Source of the DNA: Eubacteriales bacterium
Lineage (GTDB): Bacteria > Bacillota > Clostridia > Oscillospirales > CAG-272
Length of the DNA: 64,000 nt
Direction of reading: 5' to 3'
Assembly (NCBI GenBank): GCA_045660185.1
Contig: JAZRDI010000006.1
Location: 68,288-132,287, forward strand
Positions 28,133 to 35,456 of this stretch are shown here, piece by piece (the first letter of the stretch is position 1; every line of letters starts with the position of its first letter). The position numbers and the translations under genes are program-made. Under the pieces are notes generated by a model. The model had not been told where the DNA came from. It did no database searches and saw nothing but the letters and a program-made list of their open reading frames with translations.

Positions 28133-29497
28133 CACGCTTTCGACGTGACCGGTCATAGGGAACATATCAAACGGCTTCACTTCATCCGTATCAAATCCAA
28201 ACATTCTGAATCGTTTAATATCTCTCGCAAGCGTAGTAGGATTGCACGAAATATAGACTATTCGTTTCGGGGAGAGGGAAGAAACGTATTCTACGAGTCG
28301 TTCGTCACAACCTGCTCTTGGGGGGTCGAGGATTATTACGTCGGGCGTGATTTTCTTGCCCATTTCGTTTTCGGCATTTTCGAGCATTGCTTCTGTGTTT
28401 TTGGCATCACCCGTGTAGAAATATGCGTTTTCTATTCCGCAAAGCTTCGCGTTATACCGTGCGCATTCAACCGCCGAATCTACTATTTCTATTCCGATAA
28501 GCTCCTTTACGTCCTCCGCCATTGAAAGACCTATCGAGCCTGCTCCGCAGTAAAGGTCGAGAAGCGTATCGCTTTTATTTAACGAGGCAAGACGGCGAGC
28601 TTCGTTGTATATGAGCGTTGATGTGCCGTGATTGACTTGATAGAATGAGGGTGCTGTAATTTTAAGCGTTGCTCCTGCGAGAGTGTCTGTTATATAATCT
28701 TTGCCGAAGAGCGTTTTATATTTTTCACCGAGAATAATGTTAGTGTTCTCTTTGTTTATATTTATAAGTATGCCGCATATATCGGTAAAGTGTTCGGTCA
28801 AATTGTTTACAAGTTCTTCGGAATGCGGAATAGAATCTCCGTTTATAACGAGCGTTACGAGAATTTCGCCCGAAATTTCACCGCGCCTTATATATACGTG
28901 CCTCAAAAGCCCCGTACCGTTTTCTTCGTCATATACGGAAAGTTCGCGATTTTTAAAGAACGCGCGAAGCAATTCAAGTATTTCGGAGAAAACGCGAGGG
29001 GATATAGGGCAGTCGGCTGCTTCGCATACCGTGTGAGTTTTTGGCGCGTAAAATCCTATAACGTACTCACCGTTTTTGTCCTTTGAAATTGGGTACTGCG
29101 CCTTGTTTCTGTATTCGAAAAGCTTGGGAGAGGGAACTGTTGGCAAAACTCTAATATCAGCAAGCCCTTCCTTCATAAAGGCAGAGCGCACTGTGCTTTC
29201 TTTTATTTTGAGCTCTTCTTCGTATCTTATTTCGCGGTATGCGCAAGATTTGCATTTGGTATTTTTGCATCTGTCTTCGCCGCGAATTTCTGATTTTTCG
29301 GTGAAGGATAAAATTTTACCAACGTAGTATGATGATGCAGTCTTGATGATTTTAACCTCTACGTTATCTCCCGTTACCGCACCCGAAACAAACACAACCG
29401 CTCCGTTATACTTTCCGACGCCAAATCCAAGATTCGTTATATCTTCAATTTTAAGATTTATTATGTCGTTCTTTTTTAAAATTGCTTGCTTTTTCAA
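28112..29497 (-). CDS. rlmD: 23S rRNA (uracil-C5)-methyltransferase RlmD/RumA family (TRAM domain, Fe-S cluster, SAM methyltransferase)
   Basis: TRAM-like N-terminus, Cys cluster CKNTKCKSCAYRE, SAM motif DLYCGAGSIG, catalytic ILDPPRAGC and ISCNP. There is no in-frame ATG. I prefer the TTG at 29497 (GGGAG RBS 6 nt upstream) over the TTG at 29521. Confidence 0.88.
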   Translation of the reverse strand: MKKQAILKKNDIINLKIEDITNLGFGVGKYNGAVVFVSGAVTGDNVEVKIIKTASSYYVGKILSFTEKSEIRGEDRCKNTKCKSCAYREIRYEEELKIKESTVRSAFMKEGLADIRVLPTVPSPKLFEYRNKAQYPISKDKNGEYVIGFYAPKTHTVCEAADCPISPRVFSEILELLRAFFKNRELSVYDEENGTGLLRHVYIRRGEISGEILVTLVINGDSIPHSEELVNNLTEHFTDICGILININKENTNIILGEKYKTLFGKDYITDTLAGATLKITAPSFYQVNHGTSTLIYNEARRLASLNKSDTLLDLYCGAGSIGLSMAEDVKELIGIEIVDSAVECARYNAKLCGIENAYFYTGDAKNTEAMLENAENEMGKKITPDVIILDPPRAGCDERLVEYVSSLSPKRIVYISCNPTTLARDIKRFRMFGFDTDEVKPFDMFPMTGHVESVVCLTRE

Positions 29498-29537
29498 AAT
29501 AATCTCCCATTTTGTAAACAACTGTAGTCAAAATTTG

Positions 29538-30377
29538 TTATACAAAGTCATCTTTGAATTTGTTTCTATATTCTTTAGGCGTCATGCCAAACTGAGCTTT
29601 AAAGCTTTTTGTGAAGTATGAAGCGTCGGTAAATCCTGTTTCATCGGCAATGTCTGCGATGGATTTATCCGAATAACGAAGCATACTCAAAGCGTATTTT
29701 ATTCGATACTGAATAACGTACTGATGAAGTGTTATTCCTTTTTTATCTTTGAGCATCTTGCTTATGTAGAATGGGTGGTATCCAAACAGCGCTCCAAGCT
29801 CGGTGTTGGATATTTCATCGTGAATGTTATCGCGAATGTATCCGTCGAGATTTTCAACCATGGAGGATGGAAGCGCATTGGCATCGGAATGCTCTGCAAT
29901 TTTTAGAAGAACGAGTTTAAGCATTGCCGAAAGTTCCGCAAGATAAAAGCCTTCAGCAGATGTGAAAATGTTACTCATTCTAATGAAGTTATCTCTTTCT
30001 GATTCAACGTCGGAAAGAAGTATTACGTTTTCAAATGCCGCAAAATCGGTTACCGTATGGCAAAACTCGGCTTTGTAATCGGTTTCCAAAACGGGTGCGA
30101 GCCATTCGCCTTCACCGCCAAAAGCATCTGTAAAATCAAACGATGCAACAACGGCGCGCATATACTTGCTCTTGAATTGATATGGAGTTCCCGCAGGAAT
30201 ATATAAAAGATTTCCCGCAGAGAGTCTTTCTCTCTTTCCGCCCTTTATTGAATAAGTCAATTCGCCCGAAATGAGATATACTATTTTTGAATCGTAAGAT
30301 ACGCAAGGCTCGTTTCTTTCAAGCTTTTCGTATGTTGCGATAGAGTGAATACAAGGGTTAAGATTAGTTAAATTCAT
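29538..30377 (-). CDS. AraC-family transcriptional regulator (cupin sensor domain plus HTH)
   Basis: C-terminal double HTH (ISNTELGALFGYHPFYISKMLK ... IADIADETGFTDASYFTKSFKAQFGMTPKEYR). Confidence 0.85.
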   Translation of the reverse strand: MNLTNLNPCIHSIATYEKLERNEPCVSYDSKIVYLISGELTYSIKGGKRERLSAGNLLYIPAGTPYQFKSKYMRAVVASFDFTDAFGGEGEWLAPVLETDYKAEFCHTVTDFAAFENVILLSDVESERDNFIRMSNIFTSAEGFYLAELSAMLKLVLLKIAEHSDANALPSSMVENLDGYIRDNIHDEISNTELGALFGYHPFYISKMLKDKKGITLHQYVIQYRIKYALSMLRYSDKSIADIADETGFTDASYFTKSFKAQFGMTPKEYRNKFKDDFV

Positions 30378-30557
30378 AATGACCTCTTATACTTTAATTA
30401 TTACGTGCCTGCGAAAATCCTCGCAGACGCTCGTGCGCGTTAAATCTTTTTATATTTTAACATTTATTTTAGTGAAAATCAATAGTGAAGCGCAAAAAAG
30501 AATATATATACGTCAAAAAAGCAAAATGTATTATATGGCGTACGCTAAAATGCAAAA

Positions 30558-30600
30558 GTGAAAACGCTGCGCAGTTGCGTTTTCACTTGTGTTTTTTGAT
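30558..30600. terminator. Bidirectional hairpin terminator, probably ending the esterase gene transcript
   Basis: GTGAAAACGC-...-GCGTTTTCAC stem, T-rich on both sides (TTGTGTTTTTTG on plus, TTTTGCATTTT on minus). Confidence 0.55.
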
Positions 30601-30752
30601 TATAGAGTTTGAGTGCGTTTGAATAATGACGCTATAAACAGATGGGAACGCTGAAAGCATGCCTAAATATAGTGTGCTAAAGGTTATATTTGAGTTAAAA
30701 CTTAACACGATACACTATCAAACGGTAAAACAAAGAATAAAATTCGAAAAAA

Positions 30753-31640
30753 TTACTTGAAATAAATTTTGCAATAAGATAAAAGAAGCATTGGATAGGA
30801 AAGACGGCGTATAGGATTGCTTAAAAGCGCGTGGTTGGCATCGGGAAGATAAACAAAATCGTATTTAACCCCTACCGTGTCAAATTTTCGCATAATGGAT
30901 TCAGCGTTTCCGAAAGGAACGGTAGTGTCACTGCCACCGTATATAAAAATTGATGGCGGCGCGCTTTTGGTAACGTATGTTGATGGAGAAATAACTTTAA
31001 ATATTTCGTCGGCTTCTCCGTTTGAGAGCATTTCGGGAGTTATATCTTTTCCGCTTAACATTTCGCCGATTGTAATAGATAAATCTTCTCCCCATACAGA
31101 AGGAGAAATGTCAGCAGGCCCCGCCATATTAGCTGTGAATTTAATTTCTAGCGGAGCCGTGTTAGCTCTTGAATAAGAATAAAGCATAGACAAATGCGCT
31201 CCCGCAGAATATCCCGACGTGGCAGCTTGAGTGGTACAGATACCGAGCTTGGCGGTGAAATTTTTGATGTATTCAAGCGCCATATCTATTTCGTCAAGAA
31301 CAATATTTACGTTATACGTGTCGCGGTTTTCTTCACTGTACAGAGTATAGTTCATCGTTGCAGCAATATATCCTTGATTGGCAACGTTTCTGCATCGAAG
31401 CTCTTCTTCCTTTTTGTCTCCACCCGACCACGAACCGCCGTGAATGAAAAGAACGCAACCGTTATAATTCCTTTCGTAAGCTTTTTTTGGAACGTATATA
31501 TCCATGATTTCGGAATCAAGCTCTCCATAACTTAAATCGCGGTAAACCTTGTACCCTGACAAAAGGAGCATGAAAGCCAAAGTTAATGCTGAAATAAAAA
31601 CTATTGCCATTATAAGAATGACAGAAATAACTCTTTTCAT
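30753..31640 (-). CDS. Alpha/beta-hydrolase fold esterase/lipase, membrane anchored or secreted
   Basis: N-terminal TM segment, HGG oxyanion motif (FIHGGSWSGG) and nucleophile elbow GYSAGAH. Confidence 0.8.
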   Translation of the reverse strand: MKRVISVILIMAIVFISALTLAFMLLLSGYKVYRDLSYGELDSEIMDIYVPKKAYERNYNGCVLFIHGGSWSGGDKKEEELRCRNVANQGYIAATMNYTLYSEENRDTYNVNIVLDEIDMALEYIKNFTAKLGICTTQAATSGYSAGAHLSMLYSYSRANTAPLEIKFTANMAGPADISPSVWGEDLSITIGEMLSGKDITPEMLSNGEADEIFKVISPSTYVTKSAPPSIFIYGGSDTTVPFGNAESIMRKFDTVGVKYDFVYLPDANHALLSNPIRRLSYPMLLLSYCKIYFK

Positions 31641-31777
31641 TGTACTTACTCCCCTAATATTTATGATTTGATTATACCACAGTTGTATTGTATATTCAAG
31701 AAAATGAGTAGATAAAAATTCATTTTGTCATACAAAAAAACAAAAAGCAAAAAAAATAATTATTTTTCAAAAAACTA

Positions 31778-31806
31778 TTGACAAAACATAAAAAATATGT
31801 TAGAAT
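31778..31806 (+). promoter_or_regulatory. sigma-A type promoter for tRNA-Glu
   Basis: TTGACA (31778-31783), 17 nt, TGt-TAGAAT (31801-31806), 20 nt upstream of the tRNA 5' end. Confidence 0.65.
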
Positions 31807-31825
31807 ATCAAAGCGCAAAAGTTAT

Positions 31826-31900
31826 GGCTCGTTGGTCAAGCGGTTAAGACGTTAGCCTCTCACGCTGAAAACATGGGTTCGATTCCCGTACGAGTCACCA
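31826..31900 (+). tRNA. tRNA-Glu (anticodon CTC), CCA encoded
   Basis: GGCTCGT/ACGAGTC acceptor stem, anticodon arm TTAGC-CTCTCAC-GCTGA, T-arm TGGGTTCGATTCCCG, and terminal A-CCA. Close to the Firmicute tRNA-Glu layout. Confidence 0.9.
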
Positions 31901-31903
31901 AAA

Positions 31904-31943
31904 AAGAGATAGGCACTCCGTAGTGAGTGCCTATCTCTTTTTT
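31904..31943 (+). terminator. Rho-independent terminator of the tRNA-Glu transcript
   Basis: AAGAGATAGGCACTC / GAGTGCCTATCTCTT stem of about 15 bp, followed by TTTTTT. Confidence 0.8.
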
Positions 31944-32008
31944 GCGACCCGCACACTCATCGAACCAGCGCGCACAAGCTGAAGAGTTGCCTTTTTTCTT
32001 TGTTCGAA
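31911..32008 (+). repeat. 98-bp direct repeat, copy 1
   Basis: Identical to 32285-32383 except for a T6 versus T7 run. The offset between copies is 374 bp. Confidence 0.9.
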
Positions 32009-32049
32009 TTTTGATATTAATTTTCCCTTTGAATTAGTTACCGCGCGCT

Positions 32050-32274
32050 ATGGGTTCGCATACCGCCTTTGGCGGTATATTGCCATTCGGAGCAAATGGT
32101 TTTGGGTTTGTACTTACAAGAGCTTTTTAAGCAAAAGCAAGATCCCGAATGGCAAATTCCCGTACGAGTTTGCCGCTCGGGTTAGGAGTTTAATCTAATT
32201 TACTGGTCTTACGAAATCTATGCGTATATGTCCGAGCCGGCAATATACCGCTCGCGCGGTATGCACCAAAAAAG
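32050..32274 (+). other. Dyad of nested hairpins interleaved with three ordered fragments of the tRNA-Glu 3' end
   Basis: tRNA-derived fragments: ATGGGTTCG (32050-32058), ATTCCCGTACGAGT (32156-32169), CACCAAAAAAG (32264-32274). Small hairpins: ATACCGC/GCGGTAT at 32060-32078 and 32245-32262. Long hairpins: TTGCCATTCGG/CCGAATGGCAA (32080-32090 with 32145-32155) and TTGCCGCTCGG/CCGAGCCGGCAA (32170-32180 with 32232-32243). Confidence 0.7.
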
Positions 32275-32284
32275 TTGAAGCTTA

Positions 32285-32383
32285 AGGCACTCCGTAGTGA
32301 GTGCCTATCTCTTTTTTGCGACCCGCACACTCATCGAACCAGCGCGCACAAGCTGAAGAGTTGCCTTTTTTTCTTTGTTCGAA
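32285..32383 (+). repeat. 98-bp direct repeat, copy 2
   Basis: See copy 1. Only the distal 8 bp of the terminator left arm are retained, so the hairpin is shorter here. Confidence 0.9.
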
Positions 32384-32396
32384 ATTGTATAATAAA

Positions 32397-32432
32397 CTCC
32401 GCGCAGGCCTGGATGGTGGCTTCTGCGCGGAG
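32397..32432. terminator. Bidirectional terminator downstream of the 32439-32828 gene
   Basis: CTCCGCGCAG / CTGCGCGGAG 10-bp stem, T-rich flanks on both strands. Confidence 0.6.
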
Positions 32433-32438
32433 CTTTTG

Positions 32439-32828
32439 TTATTTTACTGTGATTTGCGCGGCAACTATTTGAGGGGGATAGCTCATCATAACCTGACCGC
32501 TATAGAGAATTTCTACGGTGTCTCCGACCTTGATGTCGGAGCGGGAGATTGCGTTGCCGTTTTTATCAAAATATTCGGTTGCTTTGGCGGTATTGACCCA
32601 GTGGATGCCGGATGTGTATTCGCTTTCGATAACGTCAACCGCTATTTTATCGAAAACCTCGGTAACCTTAGCGGTCATCTTAAAGTCACTACCTGGCTTT
32701 GTTCCGTCATCGTGATCGTTGTTTGGCTCTTCATCATTGTTCTTTCTGAAGATACTTTCAACGGCGGAGCAAGATGCAAGCGAAAAGGTGAGAGTGAAGA
32801 GAAGAATTGCTGTCAGTATTTTTTTCAT
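32439..32828 (-). CDS. Hypothetical small lipoprotein
   Basis: Signal peptide with lipobox LASCS; 129 aa; beta-rich mature part. Confidence 0.6.
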   Translation of the reverse strand: MKKILTAILLFTLTFSLASCSAVESIFRKNNDEEPNNDHDDGTKPGSDFKMTAKVTEVFDKIAVDVIESEYTSGIHWVNTAKATEYFDKNGNAISRSDIKVGDTVEILYSGQVMMSYPPQIVAAQITVK

Positions 32829-33079
32829 ATCAATATCCTTTGCTGATTTTATGCTTTTGAGTATTTAGTATATCATATATTATTCTACGTGTCAACAGAT
32901 ATATTGATATAAGTTTTTTCTTGTAAAGAAAAATGTTAGAAAATGTTATAATGAACAGAAAAAATTCTGCGCTATTTGGATAAGGGCGAAAAAATAGCGA
33001 AAAAAGAGATTAAAACCATTGACTTTTTATTTGCGATTTGATACAATCAAAATGGTTGAAAAACCAAGGAGGATTTTTT

Positions 33080-35389
33080 ATGGCGAATATGGAAAAGTGG
33101 GCAAGAATAAAGTATCAGCCCGTGTTGCCTTTAGGAGAAAATAATACTAAAATTACAGGATGCCAAGCGCATATAGATTTATCGCGCAGAGCGGCTGAAG
33201 AGGGAATAGTTCTTTTGAAGAACGAAAACGAGTCTCTTCCCTTGAAAAAAGACACCGCAGTTGCTATATTCGGAAAAGCCCAGATAGACTACGTTAAGGT
33301 GGGCGGCGGAAGCGGTGACGTTCATTCAGAATATACGCTCAACATATACGATGCAATCAAAAGAGAGGGTAGCGTGTCTGTTTTTGACGAGCTTTCGCTC
33401 TACTATAAGGAGTACGTTGATGAGGCGTATAAGAACGGCGGTAAGAACGGCCGTTTAGATGAGCCTTCGATTCCGGAGGAGCTTCTCGGTAAAGCTAAAG
33501 CGCTTTGCGATACCGCTATAATTACAATATGCCGATATTCCGGCGAAGCCTTTGATAGACGTAACGACGGCACCGATTGTTATTTCAATTTGAGCAAAGA
33601 AGAAAAGGCTATGGTGAATACCGTGTCAAATAATTTCAGTCACGTAATAGTTCTTCTTAACGTTGGAGCGATGATAGATACGTCTTGGTTTGCAAGTAAT
33701 CCCCATATTTCATCGGCAGTTATGATTTGGCAGGGCGGAATGGAGGGCGCGCTTGCTGCGGCAAACGTTCTTTCGGGTAAATGCAATCCTTCGGGAAAAC
33801 TCGTCGATACCTGTGCTATGGAATTTTCTGATTATCCGTCATCCGAAGGATTCCACGAATCAGTGGATTACGTAAAATACACCGAGGACGTGTTCGTTGG
33901 ATATAGATATTTTGAAACCATTCCGGGAAAAAGCGAAAGAGTCGTTTATCCCTTTGGATATGGATTGTCATATACCGAATTTTCATTCTCGGATGCCACG
34001 GCAAAGGTTGTGGAAAATGAAATCGAGGTGTGTGTTAACGTTGAAAACGTTGGAGCTTGCGAGGGTAAAGAGGTTGTTCAGGTTTATTACAATGCTCCAT
34101 GCGGTAAGATAACCAAACCTAAGCTTGAGCTTGTAGCTTTTGCTAAAACGAAAATGCTTAAACCTCGTGAAATGCAAACAATTGTTTTAAAATTCGCCAT
34201 AAATTCAATGTCTTCATACGATGACATAGGCGACGTTTGTAAATCTGCGTGGGTTCTTGAAAAAGGAAATTACGCTATTTATGTGGGTAATTCTGTTAAA
34301 AACGTTTCAAAGCTCGACTTCGAATATTCGCTCGAAAACGACGTTATATGCGAGCAATTTACGGAATACTGCGCGCCCGAAAATCTCGGCTACAGACTCA
34401 CCGCAACCGGCGAATATATAGCTGTAGCGGATAAAGTTCCTTCAAGAAAGAGTTTTAGCGTAAATTACGAGTGTAAATACGAGCCGAAGGAAGCAAAGGA
34501 AGACAGAAAACTTCTTTTGGACGTTGCTAACGGAACTGTAACGCTCGACGAGTTCATATCTCAACTTTCGGATAGCGAGCTTGCCTCTCTTCTTAAGGGA
34601 AAAGCTAACACGGGTGTCGCCAATACCGGCGGTATGGGCGGCCTTTCTGCCTACGGTATTCCAACGCCCATGACTGCAGACGGTCCTGCCGGCGTGCGTA
34701 TAAACGCATGCACCGGAGTGAGAACGACCGCCTTCCCGATAGCAACTATGCTTGCTTGCACTTGGAACACGGAGCTTGTTGAAGCGGTAGGCGCTGCGGG
34801 CGCGATTGAAGCTAAAGAGAACAACCTTTCGATTTGGCTCACCCCTGCTTTAAATATTCACAGAAGCCCCCTTTGCGGAAGAAACTTTGAGTATTATTCC
34901 GAAGATCCGCTTATTGCGGGTAAGATGGCTTCGGCTATGGTTAGAGGTATCCAATCCCAAGGAATAGTTGCCACGCCCAAGCACTTTGCGTGCAATAACA
35001 AGGAAACGAATCGCAAGGAGTCTAACTCCATTCTTTCGGAAAGAGCGCTTCGTGAGATATACATTAAGGGCTTTGAAATTTGCGTTAAGGAATCTTCACC
35101 AAAGCTTATAATGACGGCGTACAATCTCTTTAACGGAGTCAGAAGCTCGGAAAACGCAGAGCTTTTGATGGGAATTTTGAGAGGTGAATGGGGTTACGAT
35201 GGACTTGTAACTACCGACTGGAACAATACCGCAAGTCAGACCAAAGAGGTTCTTGCGGGCAACGATATAAGAATGCCGGTAACCACGACCGAGGATCTTT
35301 TAGATGGACTTGCTTCGGGAAAAATAACGAGAGCCGAGATTGCCGTATCCGTTAAAAGACTTCTCAAAATGATTCTTTGGCTTGAATAA
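33080..35389 (+). CDS. Glycoside hydrolase family 3 beta-glucosidase-like enzyme with reversed (circularly permuted) domain order
   Basis: The alpha/beta-sandwich and Fn3-like parts (VVQVYYNAP...ELVAFAKT) come first. The catalytic (beta/alpha)8 part comes last, with KHFACNN and the nucleophile motif GLVTTDWN near the C-terminus. ATG at 33080 follows AGGAGG. Confidence 0.88.
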   Translation: MANMEKWARIKYQPVLPLGENNTKITGCQAHIDLSRRAAEEGIVLLKNENESLPLKKDTAVAIFGKAQIDYVKVGGGSGDVHSEYTLNIYDAIKREGSVSVFDELSLYYKEYVDEAYKNGGKNGRLDEPSIPEELLGKAKALCDTAIITICRYSGEAFDRRNDGTDCYFNLSKEEKAMVNTVSNNFSHVIVLLNVGAMIDTSWFASNPHISSAVMIWQGGMEGALAAANVLSGKCNPSGKLVDTCAMEFSDYPSSEGFHESVDYVKYTEDVFVGYRYFETIPGKSERVVYPFGYGLSYTEFSFSDATAKVVENEIEVCVNVENVGACEGKEVVQVYYNAPCGKITKPKLELVAFAKTKMLKPREMQTIVLKFAINSMSSYDDIGDVCKSAWVLEKGNYAIYVGNSVKNVSKLDFEYSLENDVICEQFTEYCAPENLGYRLTATGEYIAVADKVPSRKSFSVNYECKYEPKEAKEDRKLLLDVANGTVTLDEFISQLSDSELASLLKGKANTGVANTGGMGGLSAYGIPTPMTADGPAGVRINACTGVRTTAFPIATMLACTWNTELVEAVGAAGAIEAKENNLSIWLTPALNIHRSPLCGRNFEYYSEDPLIAGKMASAMVRGIQSQGIVATPKHFACNNKETNRKESNSILSERALREIYIKGFEICVKESSPKLIMTAYNLFNGVRSSENAELLMGILRGEWGYDGLVTTDWNNTASQTKEVLAGNDIRMPVTTTEDLLDGLASGKITRAEIAVSVKRLLKMILWLE

Positions 35390-35413
35390 AAGCAATATTC
35401 AAATAAATATACC

Positions 35414-35446
35414 AAAAGGGCAAAGCCGAAAAAGCTTTGCCCTTTA
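35414..35446. terminator. Bidirectional terminator between the GH3 gene and prfB
   Basis: AAAGGGCAAAGC / GCTTTGCCCTTT 12-bp stem with A/T-rich flanks. Confidence 0.7.
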
Positions 35447-35456
35447 AAATATTCGA

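Noticed and set aside
27886-28525. Plus-strand ORFs of 67 aa and 179 aa between the orphan membrane gene and rlmD.
   Set aside because: The 179-aa frame runs antisense through the rlmD 3' region. Its first residues (MTRYVESV) are simply the inverted rlmD-tail remnant. There is no RBS, so I treat it as a scar rather than a gene.
30379-30561. A 60-aa plus-strand ORF upstream of the AraC gene that ends at a hairpin terminator.
   Set aside because: It has no RBS and an AT-rich, low-complexity translation. The hairpin is better explained as the bidirectional terminator of the esterase gene. A small RNA cannot be excluded, but nothing supports one.
32275-32846. Plus-strand ORFs (65 and 181 aa) starting in repeat copy 2 downstream of tRNA-Glu.
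   Set aside because: They begin inside the terminator/repeat and then run antisense through the well-supported lipoprotein gene 32439-32828. The same peptide start would also be encoded by repeat copy 1, which stops after about 45 codons.
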